Assembly: GCA_046596255.1 (NCBI GenBank) | Contig: JBKJMZ010000013.1 | Span: forward strand, 263-64,262 | Source of the DNA: Ferruginibacter sp. | Lineage (GTDB): Bacteria > Bacteroidota > Bacteroidia > Chitinophagales > Chitinophagaceae | DNA: 64,000 bases | Reading direction: 5' to 3' | Shown: positions 45,587 through 53,946 of the stretch, in pieces | Numbering within the stretch: position 1 is the stretch's first letter | Layout of the letters: the number at the start of each line of letters is the position of its first letter | Made by a program: the position numbers and the translations under genes | The notes under the pieces: generated by a model | What the model was told of the DNA's origin: nothing | What the model saw: only the letters and a program-made list of their open reading frames with translations | The model's database searches: none

Positions 45587-46455
45587 TTATATTTTTTCTC
45601 CAACCGCTACAACCATTTCGCATGGTCCAACAAAGCCATTTTCATTTTCAAACTTTTGAAGTTCCCTTTCAATTTCCTCCCAAACTGATTCTTTCTCTAT
45701 GTCTGATAAACTGCTCATCATTTGATGCAAAGCGCCAAATGATTCTTTTTCAAACCTTACGCATTCTTTTGCCGATGAGAGGTGTAAAGGAGAATCAACG
45801 AGTTCGGATTGTACATTTTTAAATCCCGCCTGTAAAAATGTATTTTTGTATAATGCCTTCTGCCCCTAAACTGAAAGGTCCGGGTTGACCTGGCAATGGA
45901 GGTGGCAGTTTTGCCCGATTGCGAATAATGGAAACAGGAACAGAGAAAAACTTATTCATGTCAGGAGTTGAATAAACAATGGCTGCCACTTTTCCGCCAG
46001 GCTTTAGCACTCGCAGCATTTCCTTCAATGCTTTTTGCTGGTCAGGGAAATAGATAAGTCCTACCCTTGAAATAACGGCATCAAATGTTTCATTTTCAGG
46101 GGTAAGATTTTCGCCATCCATTACTTTTGTCTCTATGTTATTAACTCCTTCCTGTTGTGCTAATTGTTTTGCATACTGTAAAATATTAGGTGAAATATCA
46201 GTAGCCAAAACATAACCTGAAGCACCAACTTTTTTTTGCTGTGGTGATAGATTGTTCACCTGCTCCCGCTGCAATATCAAGGACACGATGGCCGCTGGTG
46301 ATGCCCGCCATCTCCAACATTTTTTGTGTTGCTTTACCAAGCCATTGATTAAGTGTAGGACTCCACCGATACCATGCTTCTGCTGCTGTTTGCCATTGGT
46401 CGTGAGTAGTGTTTTTGTATTTAACAGGGTCAAATTGAGGAGTAATTGTTTCCAT
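45587..46455 (-). pseudogene. Class I SAM-dependent methyltransferase broken by two single-base homopolymer insertions
   Basis: The N-terminus (46198-46455 ORF) carries VLDIAAGAGEQS. The body (45819-46433 ORF) carries GASGYVLATDISP...LKPGGKVAAIV. The tail (third frame, to the TAA at 45587-45589) reads KALYKNTFLQAGFKNVQSE...GPCEMVVAVGEKI. The frame breaks are at A8 (T8, 46230-46237) and G4 (C4, 45863-45866). Confidence 0.75.
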
Positions 46456-46507
46456 AATATCAGTTTACAATTGAAAGTTCATGAATGGTTTTCAAAACTT
46501 TGGCGTG

Positions 46508-47323
46508 CTACTTTATTCCTACACCTATAATAAATTCCCCGGGAACACAATACCCGTTTTCTGTTTTATATTTTTCAATAGAAGTAAGGTATTCTTCGCA
46601 AACCTCTTTTTGTACATTTTCAGGAAATTTAAAATACGCTAATGCTACCGGTCCACCTTCAAATGCGGCAGCGCAAGCGGCTTCATCTGTTTCGTAGTCA
46701 AGAGAGGATTGTATTCTTATGATTTTGCCGGTTGTAAACCCTGCAAGTTCAAAATTTTTCTCAAGCACACTGTCATTACCTAAATTGAAGAACATAGGGC
46801 ATACTTCCGAAGAAACCCGTTTGTCAACAATCTCAAATATGTCTGCCCAACCACAATTATCTCTTTTTCCCCAAACCGCCGCAATACAGATGCCTCCTTT
46901 TTTCAAAACCCGGTACAATTCTTTCAACGCATTTACAGGATTTGGTACATACATAAGTCCCAAAGCACAAATAGCCACATCAAATTCTTCATCATTAACT
47001 TTTAATTCTTCAGCATCCATTCTTTCAAACCTGATATTACTGATGTTATTTTCTTTCGAGGTCTGATTTGCAATTTCTATCATTTTATCAGAAATATCCG
47101 TGCCCAGCACAAACCCTTTGTTACCAGTTGCTATTGCAGCTCTAAAGCTTATAAGCCCTGTGCCACAGGCAATATCAATAATTTTTTGCCCTTGTTGAAT
47201 ATTAGCAAAATCAAACAAGGCGTCATGTGCAGGTTTCAGTTGTTGCTGCCATGTATTTTCGTAATAAGCGGCAGCTTTGTCCCATCCATATCGCTGCACA
47301 CGTCTTTGTAAGGCTGGTTCCAT
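46508..47323 (-). CDS. Class I SAM-dependent methyltransferase
   Basis: 271 aa. Motif I is IIDIACGTG. Same overall architecture as the broken neighbour. The start overlaps the OsmC stop (TAATG). Confidence 0.85.
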   Translation of the reverse strand: MEPALQRRVQRYGWDKAAAYYENTWQQQLKPAHDALFDFANIQQGQKIIDIACGTGLISFRAAIATGNKGFVLGTDISDKMIEIANQTSKENNISNIRFERMDAEELKVNDEEFDVAICALGLMYVPNPVNALKELYRVLKKGGICIAAVWGKRDNCGWADIFEIVDKRVSSEVCPMFFNLGNDSVLEKNFELAGFTTGKIIRIQSSLDYETDEAACAAAFEGGPVALAYFKFPENVQKEVCEEYLTSIEKYKTENGYCVPGEFIIGVGIK

Positions 47324-47853
47324 TAATTATTAATTTTAGAGGGTATTATATTTATCTTTCTTACACATTTTTGCGCTCTTGAAAACACGTCAAGATAGGG
47401 GCTATGTTCATCCCCGTCATCCAGCATCTGCATTATTTTTTCTTCTGGTGCATCGCTTTCAATTGTTATAGTATATCGCACTTCAAGATAACCCGGAGGA
47501 ATATTTTTATCTGCTGTGCCTAACAAAGCACCATCATCAAAATCAGCTTGAACTTCTACTTCTAAATTTTTAATCGGAATGCTTAATTCCGCCGCTTTCA
47601 TCAAGTAACCAATGGCAAGGCAAGAACCCAGAGCAGCCCTTCCATATACACCAGGTGTAGGAGCTGTATTGTTACCACCAATTCCTTCGGGCATATCAAC
47701 AGAAAACTTCCAGTTCCCTTCATTTATTTCGCAAGTTAGCCCATTTACCATGCGTACTTTAGAAACTGCAGTATCTCGGGCCATTGAAGGTTTCAGGGTA
47801 AATGCTTTTTTGCATCTTTCCACAGCAATTTTAATTTTTTCTACATCTTTCAT
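47323..47853 (-). CDS. OsmC-family protein
   Basis: 176 aa. OsmC/Ohr fold pattern (..GG.N.AP.P......ALGSC........A....I....LEV.V..D). Confidence 0.8.
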   Translation of the reverse strand: MKDVEKIKIAVERCKKAFTLKPSMARDTAVSKVRMVNGLTCEINEGNWKFSVDMPEGIGGNNTAPTPGVYGRAALGSCLAIGYLMKAAELSIPIKNLEVEVQADFDDGALLGTADKNIPPGYLEVRYTITIESDAPEEKIMQMLDDGDEHSPYLDVFSRAQKCVRKINIIPSKINN

Positions 47854-48353
47854 AATAAACTTTTAAAGCTTGAATGTGCCATAAAGTGGCTGCCACTCAA
47901 AAATAGGCGAAAGTTTTAATAACGTTTATAAAATTGATTTTTTTAAACGCCTACGAAACCCCATTGGCGCAATGTGTTCCCTTCAAAAATGTTTATAGTT
48001 TACCAAAATGATTCCGGAATCACTTGAGCCTTACCAATCTACCGGATTGTATCCGGAATCAGGATTACAAAAACTCAATTCTTAGCAACCAATGCTCATT
48101 AGTAAAACAATCAGTAAAGCTGCTGTAATTATAATTTCAGATTTTAAAACTTATGCTAACAATGTTCACTTAATTATAAAATATTTCGTTTTTCAAACTT
48201 GCCTACCGGCAGGCAGGTCCGGTTACAAACCGGCAGAACAAATAGACACAAGTGATACCACCATGTATACGTTTTAAATTTAAACATTGTTGTGGGAACA
48301 CTTGCGCTAAACTTAAGCCAGTTAGGGAAATCCCTTTACATAGGAACCTTTTG

Positions 48354-48791
48354 TTATCGGCTACTTTTTATACCGTGTCTGTATTTTATATGAGAGTATT
48401 CGTGTGCAAGAAGTGCTGCTAACTCTTCGTATGAAGTTATATCACGCAGCACTTTATCAAAAACAAAAATAGAATTGTCGGGCAAAGCAAAAGCGTTAAA
48501 CTCATTCGCTCTCACAACATACACTTTTGTTTTACTGTCAAAATGCAACTCTTAATAAAACTCATTTATTAGTTGTGTCTTATCATTGTCAATTGGTGCT
48601 TCTTTTAAAATCTCTTTGCTTGCTTCCTGTCTAACTTCTTTGTCGATTTATGTTGGCAAATGATTTACAACAAAGTTTGAAATGGCAGGCACACCGTCAA
48701 TATAAAAGTATATTGAACCGAATATCAACACTAAGACAATAAAGAAAAAGGTTATCACAACTTTAAAACAACCCCTAATAAATTCCTTTAT
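48354..48791 (-). pseudogene. M48-family metallopeptidase remnant
   Basis: A single frame reads (ATA)KEFIRGCFKVVITFFFIVLVLIFG..HLPT*IDKEV..NEFY*ELHFDSKTKVYVV..NAFALPDN.IFVFDKVL......EELAALLAHEYSHIKYRHG, then stops 10 aa after HExxH. There are in-frame TAA codons at 48648-48650 and 48552-48554. An ATA sits where the start would be expected. Confidence 0.6.
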
Positions 48792-49023
48792 TGTACCTGC
48801 TTTTTTTTACCACATAGGTCTTAACTACTTTGTCATAAAGATTTTGTTTCACTAAAATATTTTTCTCCATCAAATCCTGTATATCCCTTAAAGCAGTATC
48901 CTGAGAGCATTTGGCAATGGTTGCCCATTTGGAACTGGTTAGTTTTCCTGTAAAGCCATCAAGGAGTTTATTAAGCATTAATACCTGCCGGTTATTTAAT
49001 AAAGTTTTGGCGTGCTGTTCCCA
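48775..49023 (-). pseudogene. Duplicated 3' fragment of the adjacent Fic gene (C-terminal winged-helix part only)
   Basis: The 174 bp at 48850-49023 are identical, apart from one mismatch (48950 G versus 49195 A), to 49095-49268 inside the Fic gene. The fragment encodes ..EQHAKTLLNNRQVLMLNKLLDGFTGKLTSSKWATIAKCSQDTALRDIQDLMEKNILVK followed by a different tail. Confidence 0.8.
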
Positions 49024-49046
49024 CTAACAACTATATAAAAGAGTTA

Positions 49047-50162
49047 CTAAACCTTTACCACATACCCCGTACTCCTTCCACCACCAACCTCCTTCACTAA
49101 AATATTTTTCTCCATCAAATCCTGTATATCCCTTAAAGCAGTATCCTGAGAGCATTTGGCAATGGTTGCCCATTTGGAACTGGTTAGTTTTCCTATAAAG
49201 CCATCAAGGAGTTTATTAAGCATTAATACCTGCCGGTTATTTAATAAAGTTTTGGCGTGCTGTTCCCAAAACCTGGCTTTGTATAATACTGTTGCTAATG
49301 TTTCATCTGTTGCTTGTAAAGAGCGGTGCAAACAATGTAGAAACCAGCTTAACCAGCCTGTAATATCAAGGGTTCCTTTTTGTGTGGTTTCCAGTATATC
49401 GTAGTAAGCATTTCGTTCTTTACGTATTTGCGCACTCATGCTGTAAAAGCGCTGTGCAGTACAATCGGCACGGGCAAGCTGCATATCGGCCATGGCCCTT
49501 GCTATACGGCCATTACCATCATCAAAAGGATGTATTGTAACAAACCATAGATGGGCAATGGCAACTTTTAATACCGGGTCTATATTCATTTCTGTATTAA
49601 ACCAGTTTATAAAATGGTTCATTTCATCAGCAAGTAATTCGGCATCCGGTGCCTGATAATGTATTTTTTCTTTGCCCATTGGGCCAGATACTACCTGCAT
49701 AGGATCATCACTTGTGTTGTTACGCCATGCCCCTGTCATAATTTTTTGCATACCGCTTCTGCCGGTGGGAAACAGCGCAGCATGCCAGCTAAATAACCGC
49801 TCATCTGTTAGCGGCTCATTAAATTGCTGGGTTGCATTCAGCATCATTTCTACCACGCCTTCCACGTTGCGGTCGGCAGGTATCATACCTGCAATATCCA
49901 TCCCCAACCGGCGGGCAATAGATGAACGTACCTGCGCTGCATCCAATAATTCACCTTCAATTTCGCTTGATTTTAATACATCTAAAGTAATGGTCTGCAG
50001 GGTGGCTTCTTCCTTAATACCAAAACCTAAGGCATCCATGCGGCCAAGCAATTTCCCCTGCGTGTGGCGTACTTCTGCCAGCAAAGGGGAAACAGTTTCC
50101 TGGTTCCAGGTAAATCGTGGCCATTCATCACATTGGTAGATGTAAACACTCATTTTATGCAT
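49047..50162 (-). CDS. Fic-family protein (DUF4172-type N-terminus, Fic core, C-terminal winged-helix)
   Basis: Fic motif HPFDDGNGRIARA. The N-terminus (IYQCDEWPRFTW) is typical of DUF4172-Fic proteins. C-terminal wHTH-like segment (SSKWATIAKCSQDTALRDIQDLMEKNILVK). Confidence 0.9.
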   Translation of the reverse strand: MHKMSVYIYQCDEWPRFTWNQETVSPLLAEVRHTQGKLLGRMDALGFGIKEEATLQTITLDVLKSSEIEGELLDAAQVRSSIARRLGMDIAGMIPADRNVEGVVEMMLNATQQFNEPLTDERLFSWHAALFPTGRSGMQKIMTGAWRNNTSDDPMQVVSGPMGKEKIHYQAPDAELLADEMNHFINWFNTEMNIDPVLKVAIAHLWFVTIHPFDDGNGRIARAMADMQLARADCTAQRFYSMSAQIRKERNAYYDILETTQKGTLDITGWLSWFLHCLHRSLQATDETLATVLYKARFWEQHAKTLLNNRQVLMLNKLLDGFIGKLTSSKWATIAKCSQDTALRDIQDLMEKNILVKEVGGGRSTGYVVKV

Positions 50163-50164
50163 TT

Positions 50165-50248
50165 ATGCGGTGAATATACGCTTTATTCTCCGCATATTTA
50201 AATATTCTCCGCATACTTTGCGGTGAATATTGAATTTATTCTCCTCAT
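50165..50248. promoter_or_regulatory. Cluster of five 10-11-bp half-sites (candidate operator) abutting the Fic start codon
   Basis: ATGCGGTGAAT (50165-50175), ATTCTCCGCAT (50185-50195), ATTCTCCGCAT (50204-50214), TGCGGTGAAT (50219-50228) and ATTCTCCTCAT (50238-50248). The two motif types are near reverse complements of each other (ATGCGGTGAAT versus ATGCGGAGAAT), so the sites are arranged as inverted pairs. Confidence 0.5.
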
Positions 50249-50396
50249 ATTTAAATAAATGATCTTTAAAAAGGCTGGTAAAAGCCCCAAAAAAAATTAC
50301 TTTTGCAGCCTTACATTAATAATCCTTTTCCACCATTTGCCATTCCTTCGACAAGCTCAGGATGACAACTGCAGGAAAAGGCCATAAATCAAAATT

Positions 50397-51371
50397 ATGA
50401 GCAAAGGACCCGTTTCAAATTTTATAGAGCACCACTACCGACATTTTAATGCAGCGGCTTTAATGGATGCAGCCAAAGGTTATGTTACCCACCTGGATGA
50501 AGGCGGCAAAATGATGATAACCCTGGCCGGTGCCATGAGCACCGCCGAGCTGGGCCTTAGTCTGGCCGAAATGATACGGCAGGATAAAGTGAGCATCATT
50601 AGTTGCACCGGTGCCAACCTGGAAGAAGATATTATGAACCTTGTGGCACATAGCCATTATAAAAGAGTGCCCAACTACAGGGATCTTAGTCCACAGGAAG
50701 AATGGGACCTTTTAGAAAATCATTACAACCGCGTTACCGATACCTGTATACCCGAGGAAGAAGCATTCAGAAGATTGCAGCAACATATTCATAAAATATG
50801 GAAAGATGCAGATGATAACGGCGAACGTTTTTTTCCGCATGAGTATATGTACAAGATGCTGCTGAGCGGAGTGCTGGAACAGTATTACGAGATAGACCCA
50901 AAGAATAGCTGGATGCTGGCAGCAGCACAAAAAGGTATCCCCATTGTAGTGCCCGGCTGGGAAGACAGTACCATGGGAAACATCTTTGCATCGTACATTA
51001 TCAAGAATGAGATGAAAGCTACCACCATGAAGAGTGGTATTGAATACATGGTTTGGCTGGCCGATTGGTACCGCAATAATTCATCAGGCAAGGGCGTTGG
51101 CTTTTTCCAGATAGGCGGTGGTATTGCCGGTGATTTTCCTATATGCGTAGTGCCTATGATGTACCAGGACCTGGAATGGCATGACGTACCTTTCTGGAGT
51201 TATTTCTGCCAGATAAGTGATTCAACAACATCTTACGGATCTTATTCGGGTGCTGTGCCCAATGAAAAGATCACCTGGGGTAAGCTGGATATTACCACAC
51301 CTAAATTTATTGTGGAGAGTGATGCGACTATCGTGGCGCCGCTGATATTTGCGTGGATATTGGGTTGGTAA
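50397..51371 (+). CDS. Deoxyhypusine synthase family protein (homospermidine-synthase-like)
   Basis: 324 aa. Family-typical N-terminus (FIEHHYRHFNAA...ITLAGAMSTAELG...ISCTGANLEED). Confidence 0.82.
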   Translation: MSKGPVSNFIEHHYRHFNAAALMDAAKGYVTHLDEGGKMMITLAGAMSTAELGLSLAEMIRQDKVSIISCTGANLEEDIMNLVAHSHYKRVPNYRDLSPQEEWDLLENHYNRVTDTCIPEEEAFRRLQQHIHKIWKDADDNGERFFPHEYMYKMLLSGVLEQYYEIDPKNSWMLAAAQKGIPIVVPGWEDSTMGNIFASYIIKNEMKATTMKSGIEYMVWLADWYRNNSSGKGVGFFQIGGGIAGDFPICVVPMMYQDLEWHDVPFWSYFCQISDSTTSYGSYSGAVPNEKITWGKLDITTPKFIVESDATIVAPLIFAWILGW

Positions 51372-51386
51372 TTAAAGGCAAATAAT

Positions 51387-51462
51387 GAACAAGGAACAAG
51401 GAATACTGAATAACGAAGTAGGGTTCAACACTTCATCATTCGACATTCCTTGTTCCTTGTTC
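51387..51462. terminator. Long perfect-stem hairpin between convergent genes (candidate bidirectional terminator or REP-like element)
   Basis: GAACAAGGAACAAGGAAT (51387-51404) and ATTCCTTGTTCCTTGTTC (51445-51462) form perfect 18-bp arms. The 40-nt interior can pair further (GAATAACGAAGT / ACTTCATCATTC). There is no U-tract. Confidence 0.45.
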
Positions 51463-51477
51463 GATATTCGTTCTTCC

Positions 51478-53061
51478 TTACCTCGTTCCCATATTCAACG
51501 GCGTATCCCTTTTCAGCATATCATTCCTGTTGGCCATTTCCCATGCGGTATGAAATATCATACGGCTTCTTTTTTCAAATAGGGACCAGTTTATTTTTTC
51601 AACCGTATCGGTTGGCTTGTGGTAATCTGATTTAAGCATACCATCATAAAAGAATAAAATGGGTACGCCTTTGCGGGCAAAATTATAATGGTCGCTGCGG
51701 AAAAAGATGCGGTTCTGGTCGTTGGGGTCATCAAATTTATAATCAAGGATAAGCTTGGTATATTTATTATTGGCGCCTTCGTTAATGATGGGCAGGTCGC
51801 TGCTTAATTTATCGTGGCCAATTACGTACACATAATTAAGGCTATCGGCAGTGGTACGTTCTGTATCAACCCTGCCTATCATGTCGATATTTAAATTAAC
51901 GGTTGTTTTATCCAAAGGAAAGAAAGGATGATCGCTGTAATACTCACTGCCCCATAATCCTTTTTCCTCGCCGCTTACCGCCATAAAAACCATTGTTCTT
52001 CTGGGCCTGTTGCCTTCTGCAGCTGCTTTAGCAAATGCTTCGGCCATGGCAATAACAGCAACGGTGCCGCTGCCATCATCATCGGCGCCGTAATAGATCT
52101 GACCATTGCGCATGCCCAGGTGGTCGTAATGGGCAGTAACAAAAACATACTCATCTTTTTTATCGATTCCTTCTACTAAGCCTACCACGTTACTGGCATT
52201 AATGGTAGTGCGGTGTTTTACAAATTTGTATTCCACTTTTGTTTTGCTTTCTATAGCCCATTGGTTACCGATAGTGCCATTGGCTTTTGCAATTTTAAGC
52301 AGGGTATCAAAATTATTACCCATAATTTGTTTGGCAAAAGCATGAGATAGCTGTGCAAACACCAATTTGTTTTTTTTCGTAATGCCTGATGGAAAATACA
52401 CACCTGTTTTTTTACCGTTATCTACCGCACGTTGGTTAAAGATTTCCTGATTTTGATTGATAACCAGTACACCCTTTGCGCCTTTTGCAGCAGCCGCTGC
52501 CAGTTTTTTAGGTATACCGGGGAATGACCATGCACTGCCACGGGACCCGCCTGTTCCTAAAAAATATTTGCCATCCTTCTTGGGTTCTCCCAAAAAGATG
52601 ATCACGATCTTATCTTTTACATCAAGGCCTGTATAATCATTGTATTTCTCATCATCAATACCATATCCCGCAAAAACGATCTTGCTGCCTTTGAATTTAC
52701 CGGTCTCGTTATTATTCAGCACGGCAATAAAATCTGTACCATACACTGCCTTCTTTTTGCCAACAGAAAGTTCGGCCTTTTTTAAACTATCCTGGTATAA
52801 GGGATAAAATTGTTGATAGCCTTTTAAAGCATCAACCGTTTTTAAGCCAATGGCTTTGAACTGCGATTCGATATATGCGGCTGCTTTGCGCTGTCCTTCG
52901 GTGCCGGTCTCACGACCTTCCATTTCGGCGCTTGCTACAATGCTCAGGTGCTTGTGCAGGTTATCTACATTGATAATGGAAGCATATTTTAAGGAAGGGT
53001 CTATTTGTGCAAAGGAAACAGTACTTGTAAGAACAAGGGCAAGGATTAATAGTTTTTTCAT
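51478..53061 (-). CDS. Exported M28-family peptidase with PA (protease-associated) domain
   Basis: 527 aa. Signal peptide (..TVSFA|QID). M28 contexts (TAHYDHLG, GADDDGSG, SGEEKGLWGS, DHYNF). Confidence 0.85.
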   Translation of the reverse strand: MKKLLILALVLTSTVSFAQIDPSLKYASIINVDNLHKHLSIVASAEMEGRETGTEGQRKAAAYIESQFKAIGLKTVDALKGYQQFYPLYQDSLKKAELSVGKKKAVYGTDFIAVLNNNETGKFKGSKIVFAGYGIDDEKYNDYTGLDVKDKIVIIFLGEPKKDGKYFLGTGGSRGSAWSFPGIPKKLAAAAAKGAKGVLVINQNQEIFNQRAVDNGKKTGVYFPSGITKKNKLVFAQLSHAFAKQIMGNNFDTLLKIAKANGTIGNQWAIESKTKVEYKFVKHRTTINASNVVGLVEGIDKKDEYVFVTAHYDHLGMRNGQIYYGADDDGSGTVAVIAMAEAFAKAAAEGNRPRRTMVFMAVSGEEKGLWGSEYYSDHPFFPLDKTTVNLNIDMIGRVDTERTTADSLNYVYVIGHDKLSSDLPIINEGANNKYTKLILDYKFDDPNDQNRIFFRSDHYNFARKGVPILFFYDGMLKSDYHKPTDTVEKINWSLFEKRSRMIFHTAWEMANRNDMLKRDTPLNMGTR

Positions 53062-53143
53062 TTTTAAATTTACGATTGAGATTAAACTTTGTTATAATTC
53101 AAAAAGCTATGCTGTTTTAAGGACTACTCTTTTTAAGTCTTAG

Positions 53144-53214
53144 GCTGTCAGCCTGAGCCTGTCGAAGGCGGGTTTATCGAATTATACCGGGTTCGAGAAG
53201 CTCACCCTGACAGC
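53144..53214. repeat. Imperfect 23-nt-arm palindromic intergenic element
   Basis: GCTGTCAGCCTGAGCCTGTCGAA (53144-53166) pairs with TTCGAGAAGCTCACCCTGACAGC (53192-53214) at about 18 of 23 positions. A related half-copy, TTCGACAAGCTCAGGATGACAAC, lies at 50347-50369. Confidence 0.55.
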
Positions 53215-53335
53215 TAATAGTTATTCCAGATGCTTATTTAAAAAAGTTTGCACCCTGACAACCAAGGGCAAAATAATCAAAACAATAAAGCCACTGACCT
53301 TATTTTGGATAAGCGGTGATATAGATGGGAGTAAA

Positions 53336-53785
53336 TTAACAGGAAATCTTCGTTACCCTCTTCTGGTGACGGCCTCCTTCAAAAGCGGTATTCATAAAAA
53401 TGTCGAGCATTTTCTCTGCATCACCATCCCGTACAAAACGTGCAGGAATGCAAATGATGTTTGCGTCATTGTGTTTACGTGCAAGCTCAGCCAATTCTTC
53501 TCCCCAGCAGATGGCTGCCCTTACGCCTGCATGTTTATTGGCTGTGATGGCAACGCCATTGGCGCTGCCACATAATAAGATACCAAAAGCCGCTTCGCCT
53601 TTTTCTACTGCAGATGCAACTGGATGTGCAAAGTCTGGATAGTCAACTGAATCTTTATTGTATGTGCCAAGATCATTGAATTTTATTCCTTCTGCTTCCA
53701 GCATAGAGATCAGGTCTTCTTTGCAATCGAATCCTGCATGATCGCATCCGATAGCTACGGGGAGTTTTAAGTTGAAGGGGGACAT
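53336..53785 (-). CDS. rpiB: Ribose-5-phosphate isomerase B
   Basis: 149 aa. IGCDHAGF start region, the GILLCGSANG loop, and RHQKRV near the C-terminus. Confidence 0.9.
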   Translation of the reverse strand: MSPFNLKLPVAIGCDHAGFDCKEDLISMLEAEGIKFNDLGTYNKDSVDYPDFAHPVASAVEKGEAAFGILLCGSANGVAITANKHAGVRAAICWGEELAELARKHNDANIICIPARFVRDGDAEKMLDIFMNTAFEGGRHQKRVTKISC

Positions 53786-53946
53786 AAATAATGGATAATT
53801 GATAATGAAATAATGGATAATTCCACCGTAAAATTAAGGTATAAAAACTACTTAAAACACTTAAAAAGGCGACCCTACTTATAAGCCTACATTATCCCTT
53901 TCTGCCGACAGGCAGGCATTATCCATTAAAAAATTATCCATTAAAA

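Noticed and set aside
45622-45822. A 66-aa plus-strand ORF.
   Set aside because: It lies antisense to the well-conserved third-frame tail of the frameshifted methyltransferase (…FKNVQSELVDSPLHL…GEKI) and is spurious.
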